Source: Dehalococcoidia bacterium
GTDB taxonomy: Bacteria > Chloroflexota > Dehalococcoidia > Bin125
Direction of reading: 5' to 3'
NCBI GenBank assembly: GCA_963663895.2
Contig: CAXXRD010000003.1
Location: 32,001 to 96,000, forward strand
Length of the DNA stretch: 64,000 nucleotides
Below are positions 31,746 to 41,532 of this stretch, in pieces (within the stretch, counting starts at the first letter, position 1; each line of letters opens with the position of its first letter). A program made the position numbers and the translations under genes. Under the pieces are notes generated by a model, which saw nothing but the letters and a program-made list of their open reading frames with translations, searched no databases and was not told the origin of the DNA.

Positions 31746-32179
31746 GATTTTCCCAGATAACTAGGAGAGCCGTCTAGGGGCTGGAGAGCGTGCCCGAGCC
31801 AAGAACGGCTGTCCGTCAGGGCTACAGTACGGCTTTGCCGAGTGGCGAAGGGACCGAGCGGCAGCATTCCCAGTGCTGGCGAGGGGCGTCCGGCAGATAT
31901 CACTCGCCTGTCTGAACAAACCGGGCCATCGCATCGATACCTGGGTCGCTGCGCTAGAACGGCGGGGCTCGGCGCGTGTGCTCCTACCCTTCCTCCATGT
32001 ATCCGAGGATTTTCCAAGCGATATTCGACAGATGCCTTTCGGCCACGCTTTCCCGATCGGGTGTGCCGCCGTCCCGAGTTTTTTATGAGTGTTCGCGTCT
32101 CATTCGATGAGCCGTGGTCGGTCTTCGTTTGCCGGCACCATTTTCAGCTTCAGATAGGCAAGCTTGCCGGTCGAGGCGC

Positions 32180-33532
32180 TTACAGGATCGCTTCCGCCCG
32201 AAGATCGGCCAGCGAGGCCTCGAATGCTTCCAGCGTGGCTTCGATATCGGCTTCTGAGTGGACGGCGGAGACCATCGCGCCCATGTGGATCAGGTCAACG
32301 CCATGATTGAGCATCGCGCGCGAGAAGGGCCATACCACCCGGGTCGGGGTATGCGGAACTCTGGCACCGGGGCCGGCGGCACCCCAGTTCCAGTATTGAT
32401 CCCCCAAGGGAGGCTCAACCTCGTGGCCAAGGAGCAAGTGGACCATCGAAGCGTCGCGGTAGGCGGCGCCCGGAACTTCCGCCCGGCGGATGACGGCATT
32501 CATTCCACGCGTGAGCTGGGCCGCGCGCGCGTCGGCTGTTTCGTTCGGCACACCCGTCGCAACTTCGGCCAGCATGGCGGCGCCGGCTACGGCGCTCAGG
32601 GGATTGGCATTGAAGGTCCCGGGATGGCCTACGCGCTTGGACGGAGGCCTGTCCGGATCGATCGCGATCTGGTCGAGCAGATCAGCGCGCCCGGCGACGA
32701 CTCCCCCAGGCAGCCCTCCAGCGACGATCTTAGCCAGCGTGGTGAGGTCAGGCTGAATCTGCAGCCGGGCTTGAGCCCCGCCCATTGAGGCGCGGAAGCC
32801 CGTGATGACCTCGTCGAAGATGAGAATGGTCCCGGTCTCGCGAGTACGGTCGCGGAGAAAGGCGGGGACCGCAGGATCGAGCGGGCCCGTTCCCCAGCTG
32901 TAGCCGGTGGGTTCCAGGATCACGGCCGCGAAATCACGCCTGGCTAAGGCTGCGCCGATCGCCTCAAGGTCGTGCTGGTCGAAAATCTCAATGGACCCGG
33001 CCCACTCCGGGGGAACCCCCACGGAGCCGTAGCTGTCGCGAGCGCTTGGACCACCGGCGCTGATGGTGTCGTTCCAGCCGTGGAAATGATGGCGCAGCTT
33101 CAGCAAGCGTGATCGGCCGCTGAAAGCGCGGGCGAGCCGCACCGCCATCATGGTGGCTTCGGTACCCGAGGAAACGAAGCGGACGCGCTCGGCGCTTGGG
33201 AGAAGGGACTGAATGGCACGTGCCCAGGCGATCTCGAGCGTGTGCGAGGCGCCGTAGTGGGTGCCGCGCGCGATCTGGCCTTTCACAGCTTCGGTGAGGG
33301 TCGGATGGGCATGACCCAACAGCAGCGCACCGTGGCCCATGACATAGTCGATGATCTCATTGCCGTCGACATCCCACTTGCGTGCCCCTTCCGCGCGATC
33401 GACGTAGAGGCCGAACGGCTCGAAATGACGGATATCGTGGGTGACGCCTCCGGGGAAGATCTGACGCGCTTCCCCGGCGAGTTCAGCGGAGCGGGAGTGC
33501 AGGGTGATGAATCGCTCGTCGATCGTGCTCAG
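32180..33532 (-). CDS. Class III PLP aminotransferase (glutamate-1-semialdehyde aminomutase-like)
   Basis: DVDGNEIIDY, SGTEATM, FDEVITGFR, LAKIVAGG, GTFNANP; apparent CTG start after AGGGAGG. Confidence 0.85.
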   Translation of the reverse strand: MSTIDERFITLHSRSAELAGEARQIFPGGVTHDIRHFEPFGLYVDRAEGARKWDVDGNEIIDYVMGHGALLLGHAHPTLTEAVKGQIARGTHYGASHTLEIAWARAIQSLLPSAERVRFVSSGTEATMMAVRLARAFSGRSRLLKLRHHFHGWNDTISAGGPSARDSYGSVGVPPEWAGSIEIFDQHDLEAIGAALARRDFAAVILEPTGYSWGTGPLDPAVPAFLRDRTRETGTILIFDEVITGFRASMGGAQARLQIQPDLTTLAKIVAGGLPGGVVAGRADLLDQIAIDPDRPPSKRVGHPGTFNANPLSAVAGAAMLAEVATGVPNETADARAAQLTRGMNAVIRRAEVPGAAYRDASMVHLLLGHEVEPPLGDQYWNWGAAGPGARVPHTPTRVVWPFSRAMLNHGVDLIHMGAMVSAVHSEADIEATLEAFEASLADLRAEAIL

Positions 33533-33628
33533 GGGAGCCTCCCTCGTCGTGAGTCGGCGCAGTATGTGCACGGTAGCGGAAGCGGGCGTCGCTTGTGGAC
33601 GGTGCACCCGCTGACCGACAATCATGCA

Positions 33629-35725
33629 ATGGTGACCCTGCCCGTGACCGTCTCCCAGCAGCAACCGACAGGCGAGCGCATGCTGCGGGGAGCCTGCACC
33701 CACGACTGCCAAGATGCCTGTGCCATGCTCGTGACCGTGCGGGACGGCGTGGCCGTACGGGTGGCGCCGAACCCGGCGCACCCGGTCACCGGCAAGCACC
33801 TCTGTGCGAAGGTCAACCGCTACTTGGAGCGGGTCTACGACCCCTCCCGAGTCATGACGCCGCTGCGGCGCTTGGGGACCAAGGGAGCGGGCCGCTTCGA
33901 GAGGCTCTCGTGGGAAGCAGCCGTCGACGAGATCGCGGAGCGCTGGGAGGCGATCGCCGCCCGTGAGGGAGCGGCAGCCATCCTGCCCTACAGCTACTGC
34001 GGAAGCATGGGGGTACTGAGCGGGCTCGGGACGATGGAGGCACTGTTCCGGCGACTGGGGGCGAGCGATCTCGAGCGGACGATCTGTGGCGGGCAACGCC
34101 TGGGCCTCACACGGCTGGTGGGGGAGATGACCAACGATCCGCAGTCGCTGCTGGAGGCAAAGCTGATCGTCGCCTGGGGCTATAACCCGGTGAGCAGCTC
34201 GATCCACACGTGGGAGATCGTGCGCGCGGCGCAGCGGCGAGGGGCACGGCTCGTCGTCATCGATCCGTATCGTTCGCGCACGGCCCAACAGGCGGATACC
34301 CACATCGCGATCTATCCGGGAACGGACGGCGCCCTAGCGCTGGGAATGCTGCACCTGATCCTCCGGGAAGGGCTGGAGGACGCAGACTACGTGACGCGCT
34401 ACACGAGCGGCTTGGAGGAGCTACGCGCGCACGTCGCGGAGTGGACGCCCGAGCGCACGGCGGAGGTAACGGGGATCGAAGCGCTGGAAGTGGTCGCGCT
34501 CGCACGGGACTACGCGACAACGAAGCCGGCAGGCATTCTGCCGGGCGTGGGCATGCAGCGGGCCTACGGGGCGGGTTCGGCGCTGCGAGCCATCCAGTGC
34601 CTGCCAGCGCTCACCGGCCAATGGCGGCATGCGGCGGGCGGGATCGCATTCGCGCACTCGTTCGAGGCGCTACGGGCGCGACGGCTGACGCGAACGCCCG
34701 AGTGCCCGCCATCACCGCGGCAACTGAACATGCTGCAGCTGGGGCGGCATCTCACGGATCCGAACCTGCGGCCGACGCTGCGCGCGCTTTACGTGTGGAA
34801 TTCCAACCCGGCGCTTATCGCGCCGGACCAACGCAATGTGATCGCGGGCTTGCGGCGCGACGATCTGTTCACGGTGGTGCACGATCAGTTCATGACAGAC
34901 ACGGCGCGCTACGCCGATATCGTTTTGCCTGCAACGACCATGTTGGAGCAGGCAGACCTGACGATGTCGTGGGGGTTTAACTACATCCAGCGTAGCGAGC
35001 AGGCGATCGCGCCGATCGGAGAGAGCAAGCCGAACAGTGAAGTGGCACGGCTGCTCGCGGCCAGACTTGGCTTTGACGAAGCGCTGTTTCAGATGAGCGA
35101 CGCGGAGCTGTTGGATGAAGCGCTGCGGGAGTCGCCCGCGGATCGGGCGGGCGCACGCCAGGCGCTGGAAACGCAAGGATTCGCTCGGATGGAGCCAGCG
35201 AAGGGGTGTATCCCCTTCGCGCAGGGCGGTTTTCCCAGCGAGAGCAGGCGCTTTGAGTTCGCATCGAAAGCCTTCGGCCGGAGCGGACTTGGGGAGTTGC
35301 CACAGTACCTGCCGCCTGCCGAGGAACCAAGCGAACGTCACCCCTTACGGCTCCTGACCCTGAAACGCCACCACTCTTTGAATAGCTCGTACGGTGGATC
35401 GGCAGTGCTCAACAGGGCGGAGCCCCAGCCGCTCGTTGAGATGCACCCGGACGACGCGGCCGCACGCGGGATCGAGCCTGGAGAGAGGGTGCGGGTATTC
35501 AACGACCGCGGATCGCTAGAGCACCCAGTCGCAGTCAGCCAGAAGGTGAAGCGCGGCACCGTCGCTGCCCCATTCGGGCACTGGGGGGTACCGGGGGTGA
35601 ACGTGCTCACCAGCGACCGCTTGGGCGATATCGGACACGGGGCGACCTTGTGCGATGTCGCTGTGGAAGTGGAGCGAGCTGGAAGTGCGGCAGCACGGAG
35701 AGAAGTGGAGGCCCGAGGAGGGTGA
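33629..35725 (+). CDS. Molybdopterin-dependent oxidoreductase (DMSO reductase superfamily)
   Basis: CTHDCQDAC…LCAK, TDTARYADIVLPATT, C-terminal MHPDDAAARGI. Confidence 0.9.
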   Translation: MVTLPVTVSQQQPTGERMLRGACTHDCQDACAMLVTVRDGVAVRVAPNPAHPVTGKHLCAKVNRYLERVYDPSRVMTPLRRLGTKGAGRFERLSWEAAVDEIAERWEAIAAREGAAAILPYSYCGSMGVLSGLGTMEALFRRLGASDLERTICGGQRLGLTRLVGEMTNDPQSLLEAKLIVAWGYNPVSSSIHTWEIVRAAQRRGARLVVIDPYRSRTAQQADTHIAIYPGTDGALALGMLHLILREGLEDADYVTRYTSGLEELRAHVAEWTPERTAEVTGIEALEVVALARDYATTKPAGILPGVGMQRAYGAGSALRAIQCLPALTGQWRHAAGGIAFAHSFEALRARRLTRTPECPPSPRQLNMLQLGRHLTDPNLRPTLRALYVWNSNPALIAPDQRNVIAGLRRDDLFTVVHDQFMTDTARYADIVLPATTMLEQADLTMSWGFNYIQRSEQAIAPIGESKPNSEVARLLAARLGFDEALFQMSDAELLDEALRESPADRAGARQALETQGFARMEPAKGCIPFAQGGFPSESRRFEFASKAFGRSGLGELPQYLPPAEEPSERHPLRLLTLKRHHSLNSSYGGSAVLNRAEPQPLVEMHPDDAAARGIEPGERVRVFNDRGSLEHPVAVSQKVKRGTVAAPFGHWGVPGVNVLTSDRLGDIGHGATLCDVAVEVERAGSAAARREVEARGG

Positions 35726-35786
35726 ATCTACCCGCGGTGCCGTTCCACCCCGCTGCTGTCCGCAGGAATGAGACACTCCCGGCGCC

Positions 35787-36026
35787 TTAAGCCGCAGTAC
35801 CAAGCACCCCCGGCGCTGCATACGCGGGCACGCGCTCAAAGGGACCGATGATGGCCTTGCCGCCGCAGCAGCCGCAGACGAGGCCGCCGCCGCGATTCTG
35901 GGTGAGCATGGCGCTGCTGGGCGACTCCATGGCTGGTACGTGCCGGAGCCGCCAGCCCCGCCGCTGCACGGAACCGAGCCCGCGACCGCAGATCAGGCAG
36001 CTGATCTCCGCGATCTCCATGTTCAT
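35787..36026 (-). CDS. Small zinc-ribbon-like hypothetical protein
   Basis: CLICG…CGCCG; SD GAAGGAGG upstream. Confidence 0.6.
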   Translation of the reverse strand: MNMEIAEISCLICGRGLGSVQRRGWRLRHVPAMESPSSAMLTQNRGGGLVCGCCGGKAIIGPFERVPAYAAPGVLGTAA

Positions 36027-36234
36027 CTCCCGTGCCTCCTTCCTTCAACCCTTGGCGACTGATCCCGTTTGCTGACGGGCCCCAAGCAGGGTCACGGTCT
36101 CGCGCACTAAGGTACCGCGCCTGATTAAGGTACGGCGGACGCTCTATAACGGATGGGCTCGGATTTGGCGGGGGAGATCGTTCGGCTCAGGGCACCTGGC
36201 TGATCCGCGACGAAACATCAACGATAGTGGAGGC

Positions 36235-36969
36235 ATGGAGATCTCTCGTCGGCAGCTCGTCATGGCGATCGCAGTCGTTGCGATGGCGTTGGGGCTCCTG
36301 ATCGCCATGGACCAGCTGCTGGAGCGGTTCTCACCTTGGGACTACGACGATTTCGCTACCTGGGCGCAAGGTTACGGCGCGTTGGGACCAATTGCCTACG
36401 TCGCTTTCTACGCGCTCTCGATGGTCTTGGCGCCGATTCCCACCTCGCCGGCGCCGGTGGCGGCGGCTACAGCCTTCGGGGGGATAGAAGGCTTCCTTTA
36501 CACGCTCCTCGGGGCCGCGATTGGGGGATCGATCTGTTTTGGGATCGCCCGCCGCTGGGGGCGCCCGCTGTTGCAGCGTTTCCTGCCGGTGCGCTTCATG
36601 GCGGAGGTCGATCGCGTGGCCGATCGGCTTGGAGCGCGGGTCCTTCTCGTTCTGCGCCTCTTCCCGATCCTCGGAACCGATGCCGTTTCCTACGGCGCGG
36701 GGCTGACGCAGATCCGCTTTCCGCTCTACTTAGCGATCACGCTGCTGGGGTCGACGCCCATGTTCTTACTGTTATCGCTGGTGGGGGACCGCTTGCGCGA
36801 GGACCGGACGGTCGCCCTGATCAGCATCGTCGGCCTGGGCATCTTCCTTCTGCTACCCCTGTTGGTCATCGCCTGGCGCGGTCGGCGGCGCAAGCACGAG
36901 GAGGCGGCGAAGCTCCCGCTGAGCTCGGAGCGCCAGGTGCCGCTGGACTCGCACGGCCGGTCGAGCTAG
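36235..36969 (+). CDS. TVP38/TMEM64 (VTT domain) membrane protein
   Basis: APIP…FG…LRLFP…DAVSYGAGLT. Confidence 0.85.
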   Translation: MEISRRQLVMAIAVVAMALGLLIAMDQLLERFSPWDYDDFATWAQGYGALGPIAYVAFYALSMVLAPIPTSPAPVAAATAFGGIEGFLYTLLGAAIGGSICFGIARRWGRPLLQRFLPVRFMAEVDRVADRLGARVLLVLRLFPILGTDAVSYGAGLTQIRFPLYLAITLLGSTPMFLLLSLVGDRLREDRTVALISIVGLGIFLLLPLLVIAWRGRRRKHEEAAKLPLSSERQVPLDSHGRSS

Positions 36970-36984
36970 GAGCATCCTCTCGCT

Positions 36985-37788
36985 CTACTCGGCGCGCGGC
37001 CGGGCCGTCCAGCGCGGCGCTCGCTTTTCCGCGAACGCCAACGGCCCTTCCACGAAGTCCTCCGATCCCATCATCAGAAGCTGGTTGTGGTAGATGTGCT
37101 CGATAGCGGGAATGAGCGGCATGTCATAGCCGCGCGTGGCGGCTTCTTTCGTGGCGCGGATGGAGAACGGAGCACAGCGCAGAATCTCTTCTGCCCAGCG
37201 GTGGGCGGTCGTCATGAGGTCCGCATGGGGAACCACCTCGTTGACCAGTCCCCAGCGCAGCGCCTCCGCCGCACTCATCTGCCGCGCCGTCAGCATGTAG
37301 CCCATCGCGACCTTGAAAGGGATGGAACGCGGGAGACGCTGCGCGCCGCCCGAGGAGGCCATAAAGCCCACGGTGGGTTCGGGCAGCCCGAAACGGGCAT
37401 GGTCCGCCGCGATGACGATGTCGCAGGCGAGGGCCATCTCGAAGCCTCCGCCGAGGGCGTAGCCGTTCACGGCGGCGATGATCGGTTTCCAGCACGTGAA
37501 GGTACGTGTATGCCCCCCGAGTCCCCCGGGCTGGGGGGAGCTAGCAGCAGTGACTTTGCTGGAGCCGACTTGGGCGGCGTACTTGAGATCGTTCCCGGCA
37601 CTGAAGGCGCGCTCTCCGGCACCGGTGAGGATAGCGATCCAGGCATCATCGTCGTTGCGAAAACGCTCCCAAGCGTCGGCCAGTTCGTCTGTGGTGGGGG
37701 GGTGAACAGCGTTGAGCCGCTCGGGCCGGTTTATCGTGATGGTAACGATGCGGTCGCTGTGCTCGTAGGTGATGAACTCGTAAGACAT
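36985..37788 (-). CDS. Enoyl-CoA hydratase family protein (CaiD/crotonase-like)
   Basis: AFSAGNDLK, AVNGYALGGGFE, FGLPEP. Confidence 0.9.
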   Translation of the reverse strand: MSYEFITYEHSDRIVTITINRPERLNAVHPPTTDELADAWERFRNDDDAWIAILTGAGERAFSAGNDLKYAAQVGSSKVTAASSPQPGGLGGHTRTFTCWKPIIAAVNGYALGGGFEMALACDIVIAADHARFGLPEPTVGFMASSGGAQRLPRSIPFKVAMGYMLTARQMSAAEALRWGLVNEVVPHADLMTTAHRWAEEILRCAPFSIRATKEAATRGYDMPLIPAIEHIYHNQLLMMGSEDFVEGPLAFAEKRAPRWTARPRAE

Positions 37789-37829
37789 CGCGTACTCCCT
37801 GGCGTGCGGATGGGCGAGCGCTAGGCTAG

Positions 37830-38882
37830 TTGATCATGTCGCGACGCACCGATCAGCCGAGTGCGCTGCACGAACTCCCGCCGCTCGCTCCCGCCGAAGC
37901 GGCTGCCTACGCGCAAGGACGCGCGTTGCGCGCGTTGGCGGAAGCGCGGGCCGACGGATGGGTGAATCGCTGCCTGGAGGCGGCGCTGGAAGCAGAGCAT
38001 CCATTTCCACGAGGCGAGGCGCGGCTAGCGTTGCAGCAGGCGCCCGCCCCGGCGGTCGTGCGGGCGCTGCTACCGGCGCTGATGTCGCAAAATCGGCGCC
38101 TGCGCCGCCGGGCGATGACGCTCCTACCACGATTGGAGGCGGCCGAGCTGCTCCGTCAAATGAAGCCTTGGCTAACCGACGCGTCGCGGGAGGGGAAGAA
38201 AGTAGCCTGCGGCGTGCTGGGAGCCGTAGGGGAGGAGGGGACGGCTTTGCTGCGCGTATTGGCGAGGGACGCCGACCTGGGCGTGGCGCGGCGGGCCGCG
38301 CGGGCGCTGGCCGTGAACGAGGAGCGGGCGGCACAAGCGGTCGCGGCGCCGCGAAGAGGAACGATGCCGGAGTCGGCGCGGCGGCCATTCGGGCTGCCGC
38401 CGCCGCGTGGGACGATGCCAGAGCGTACGGGAACATTCGCGGTGGCAGCGTTCAACTTCTCCTATGGAGTGAACCTCGGCGTGCTGATCCGCAGCGCCGA
38501 GGCAGCGGGCGCGCGCGCAGTCTGGGTGGTGGGGCGTGACTTCTACTACCGGCCCTCGACGAAAGGGAGCGACTGGTGGATTCCGGTAGAGTTGCTGCCA
38601 ACGCCGATGGCTTGCATTGAGCGGGCGCGGGCGGAAGGGTACGCGATCGTAGCGCTGCAGCAGGGCTCCGCAGCGCAGTCGCTGTACGATGCGAAGTGGC
38701 CTCAGCAACCCTTGATCGTCGTCGGCAACGAAGGCGACGGCCTCCCGACAGACTTCGTCGAAGCCGCGGATCTGCAAGTGGGCATCCCGGTAGCGGGTCG
38801 GATCGACAGCCTCAACGTGGCCGTGGCAGCGACGGTGGGTATGTATTTTTACTTGAGAGCGCAGGAACGCAGGAGCACGTGA
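37830..38882 (+). CDS. HEAT-like repeat region fused to SpoU/TrmH RNA methyltransferase
   Basis: C-terminal NLGVLIRSAEAAG, VGNEGDGL, IDSLNVAVA; Ala/Leu/Arg helical repeats N-terminally. Confidence 0.8.
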   Translation: MIMSRRTDQPSALHELPPLAPAEAAAYAQGRALRALAEARADGWVNRCLEAALEAEHPFPRGEARLALQQAPAPAVVRALLPALMSQNRRLRRRAMTLLPRLEAAELLRQMKPWLTDASREGKKVACGVLGAVGEEGTALLRVLARDADLGVARRAARALAVNEERAAQAVAAPRRGTMPESARRPFGLPPPRGTMPERTGTFAVAAFNFSYGVNLGVLIRSAEAAGARAVWVVGRDFYYRPSTKGSDWWIPVELLPTPMACIERARAEGYAIVALQQGSAAQSLYDAKWPQQPLIVVGNEGDGLPTDFVEAADLQVGIPVAGRIDSLNVAVAATVGMYFYLRAQERRST

Positions 38883-38895
38883 AGCGGCGACGGGA

Positions 38896-39861
38896 GTGTC
38901 CGGGTTGAAACAGGGAGCATCCGAAGCGATCGACCGCAGGACGCTGCTGCGGCGCGGAATGATCGCGGCGGCCGGCGCGGCGGCGATCGGCGCCGGGCTG
39001 GGACCCGCCCTCGGACCTGGTGGTGGACTAGCGCGAGCGGAGGCTGAAGGCCCTGCGCTCAACCTCGTGCAAGGTTGGAATTCCGTGCCATGGTTTGGCG
39101 GACCCACGCCGGCAGTGGAAGCTTTCTCCGGGCTGCCGCTAAAAGTTGCTTGGCACCGAGACAACGGATCGCGAAGCTGGCGAGCTTACGGACCGCAGCG
39201 CCGGGTCAATGACCTCGACCAAGTGACGCAAGGAGCGGCGCTGTGGATGAACGTAACGAGTAACATCATCTGGCGGCAGCCGCCGCAACCAGAGGCGCCG
39301 CCGACCGATCAATCCCTGCCGCAAGGATGGGCTTTGGTGAGTTGGCTCGGCGGCGAGATGCCGGTCTGGGAGCTTTTGGGAAACAATGCCGAGTCATTGG
39401 TATCTTACGCGCTGCGCTGGAACTCGCTGGAGCAGCGCTATCACACCTACCGGCCTGGCAAGAGTGCGGAAGAAGCCTTCGCTGTCCTGCACCGAGGCGA
39501 CGTGCTTTGGCTGCTCTTGGACGTGAGCGGGTTGTACTGGAACCCGCTCCGAGGGCTCTCCTCGCCGCCCGTCGAGCCACAGTTCGTCAGGGGACAAGCG
39601 ACGTATTACTACCCGGCGTTGCACGGCAATGTGATGTTCTGCGGCGGTGTGTACGATCGCTTCGATCCCACGATCGCGGCCGCTACAGGATGGGAATGTG
39701 GGACTCGCTTGCGGATACGGCACGGAGATCGGACGCTGGATGTGGTGGTACAGGATACCGGCCGGATCCCGCCCACCCATGTCGATCTATCGGAGGCGGG
39801 GTTCCAACAGCTGGCGCCCTTGGCCGAGGGGCGGATCGATGTGCTGATCGAGCAACTCTAA
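38896..39861 (+). CDS. Tat-exported protein with C-terminal RlpA-like DPBB domain
   Basis: DRRTLL twin-Arg; ATYY…CGTRLRI…VQDTG…VDLSEAGF. Confidence 0.75.
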   Translation: MSGLKQGASEAIDRRTLLRRGMIAAAGAAAIGAGLGPALGPGGGLARAEAEGPALNLVQGWNSVPWFGGPTPAVEAFSGLPLKVAWHRDNGSRSWRAYGPQRRVNDLDQVTQGAALWMNVTSNIIWRQPPQPEAPPTDQSLPQGWALVSWLGGEMPVWELLGNNAESLVSYALRWNSLEQRYHTYRPGKSAEEAFAVLHRGDVLWLLLDVSGLYWNPLRGLSSPPVEPQFVRGQATYYYPALHGNVMFCGGVYDRFDPTIAAATGWECGTRLRIRHGDRTLDVVVQDTGRIPPTHVDLSEAGFQQLAPLAEGRIDVLIEQL

Positions 39862-39950
39862 GCTGCTCGGGTAGTCTTTCGTAGCCGCGCGGCGTCTAGA
39901 CTCCCGCGAGTTGCGGGCACCGGAGGCGCCATGGGGGCAAGAGGAGGTCC

Positions 39951-40871
39951 GTGATGGAATTTGGCGTTCACCTGCCGCAACTGGGTTGGCGCGCGACGCC
40001 CGAGGCGATCACTGAGATCGCCCGGCAGTCGGAGGCGATGGGATACGAGTCGCTATGGGTAAGCGACCACATAGCCATTCCCGAGAAGATCGAGACGGAG
40101 TACCCCCTAGGGGGCAAGTTCCCTGTGCCACCCGAGTTGCCCTGGCTGGACCCCTTGGGCACGCTCTGCTTCGTAGCGGCGCAGACCGAGACGGCGCGCT
40201 TGGGGACCTCCGTCTTGGTCTTGCCCTGGCGCATGCCGGTGCAGACGACGAAGGTCTTGATCACCCTGGATCAGCTGAGCAAGGGTCGGCTGATCCTGGG
40301 TGCGGGGGCGGGCTGGATGCCGGAAGAGTTCGCAGCGCTGGGAATGCCGTTTGACCATCGGGGGGCGCGCCTCGACGAGCACCTCGACATCTTGGAAGCG
40401 CTCTCGACCGAAGAGATGCCCGAATACCACGGTACCTACTATGAATTCGAAAAGATTGGCTTCAATCCCAAGCCGGTCAACGGCCGTATCACGCTCTGGA
40501 TGGGCGGAGCGTCCGAGGCCGGGTACAAGCGCGCGGCGCGCCGGGGAGACGGATTCCAGGGAGCCTACGCCTCGCCGGCGGCGCTGCGGGCGCAGTGGGC
40601 TTCCGTGCGGCGCTACGCCGAAGAGGCCGGCCGGGACCCCGATACGATCGTGCTGAGCAATCGCATGTGGCTCGCCTATGGAACCGAATCCGGACCACGG
40701 GCGGATGGCTCGCTGTTCGGATCGACGGGGCAGATCGTGGAGCAGGTGGGGGAGCTCCAGGAGATGGGAGTTACGCACATCGTCGTGGACGTCATCGCGC
40801 CCGGTGGAATCGAAGGACGCCTCCAGGCGCTGCAGCGCTTGAAGGAAGAGGTGCGGCCTCAGCTCGGCTAG
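39951..40871 (+). CDS. LLM class (probably F420-dependent) oxidoreductase
   Basis: LWVSDHI, LGTSVLVLPWR, LDQLSKGRLILGAGAGW. Confidence 0.88.
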   Translation: MMEFGVHLPQLGWRATPEAITEIARQSEAMGYESLWVSDHIAIPEKIETEYPLGGKFPVPPELPWLDPLGTLCFVAAQTETARLGTSVLVLPWRMPVQTTKVLITLDQLSKGRLILGAGAGWMPEEFAALGMPFDHRGARLDEHLDILEALSTEEMPEYHGTYYEFEKIGFNPKPVNGRITLWMGGASEAGYKRAARRGDGFQGAYASPAALRAQWASVRRYAEEAGRDPDTIVLSNRMWLAYGTESGPRADGSLFGSTGQIVEQVGELQEMGVTHIVVDVIAPGGIEGRLQALQRLKEEVRPQLG

Positions 40872-40908
40872 CGGGCCGGTTGCTGCGACATTCCCCTACG
40901 CTGGCCGT

Positions 40909-41532
40909 ATGGAGCTACTCGACGAGTTGCGGGATCGGGCGCGTGCGGGACGCGAGCGCTGGGAGGAGTCCTGGCTAGGACAGCTGATCCCGCCTTCTCC
41001 CGCGCTGCACCCGGCGCCGACCGCGGCGATCTGGCTGCTCGTGCTCGGAGCGCTGCTGGTATTCATCGGTAGCTTACTGCCCTGGGTTGAAACCTCGATT
41101 CCCGCCTTCGACGACCCGGAATTCGGCAGCGTGTCGGCGAGCGAGTCTACCGATTCAGGGCTGGAGCGATCTGGGGGGCTGGTTGCACTCGTCTACACCC
41201 TGGTGTTGCTCGTGTTGGCGGGCTTCCTCTGGCGGGTGGGGCTTTCGGACTGGCGCGGCATCCTATTGCCTTTCTTGGCCGCCGTACCGCTGATCGTGGC
41301 GGTCCTCGAGATTGGGGACACGAGGGACGTTGTCATTCGGGCTACCGTGGAAGGACCAGACTTGGGCCGGATCGAGCGCAGCGTCAAGCCGGGTCTATTC
41401 ATGGTGGCGGTGGGCGGAGCGTTCGCGGTAATGGGGGGCCTGCGGGTCAGCCGGGCCGCGCAGCACCTGCGGAAACAGATCGAGAAAGGGGAGCAGCAGG
41501 CCTGGCCACTACGGCGCGGGCGCCGAGGATAG
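40909..41532 (+). CDS. Hypothetical membrane protein (about 4 TM)
   Basis: GSLLPW motif and hydrophobic segments. Confidence 0.65.
   Translation: MELLDELRDRARAGRERWEESWLGQLIPPSPALHPAPTAAIWLLVLGALLVFIGSLLPWVETSIPAFDDPEFGSVSASESTDSGLERSGGLVALVYTLVLLVLAGFLWRVGLSDWRGILLPFLAAVPLIVAVLEIGDTRDVVIRATVEGPDLGRIERSVKPGLFMVAVGGAFAVMGGLRVSRAAQHLRKQIEKGEQQAWPLRRGRRG

Noticed and set aside
31739-32306. ORFs in the gltB upstream region as leader peptides
   Set aside because: No Glu/Gln-rich leader and no convincing SD; treated as non-coding.
32180-33532. Assignment as hemL
   Set aside because: No hem genes are nearby and this family has many paralogs; only class III aminotransferase is supported.
33242-34303. 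Long overlap between the 707-aa and 827-aa ORFs
   Set aside because: Both are over-extended; recognisable homology begins near 33532 (-) and 33629 (+).
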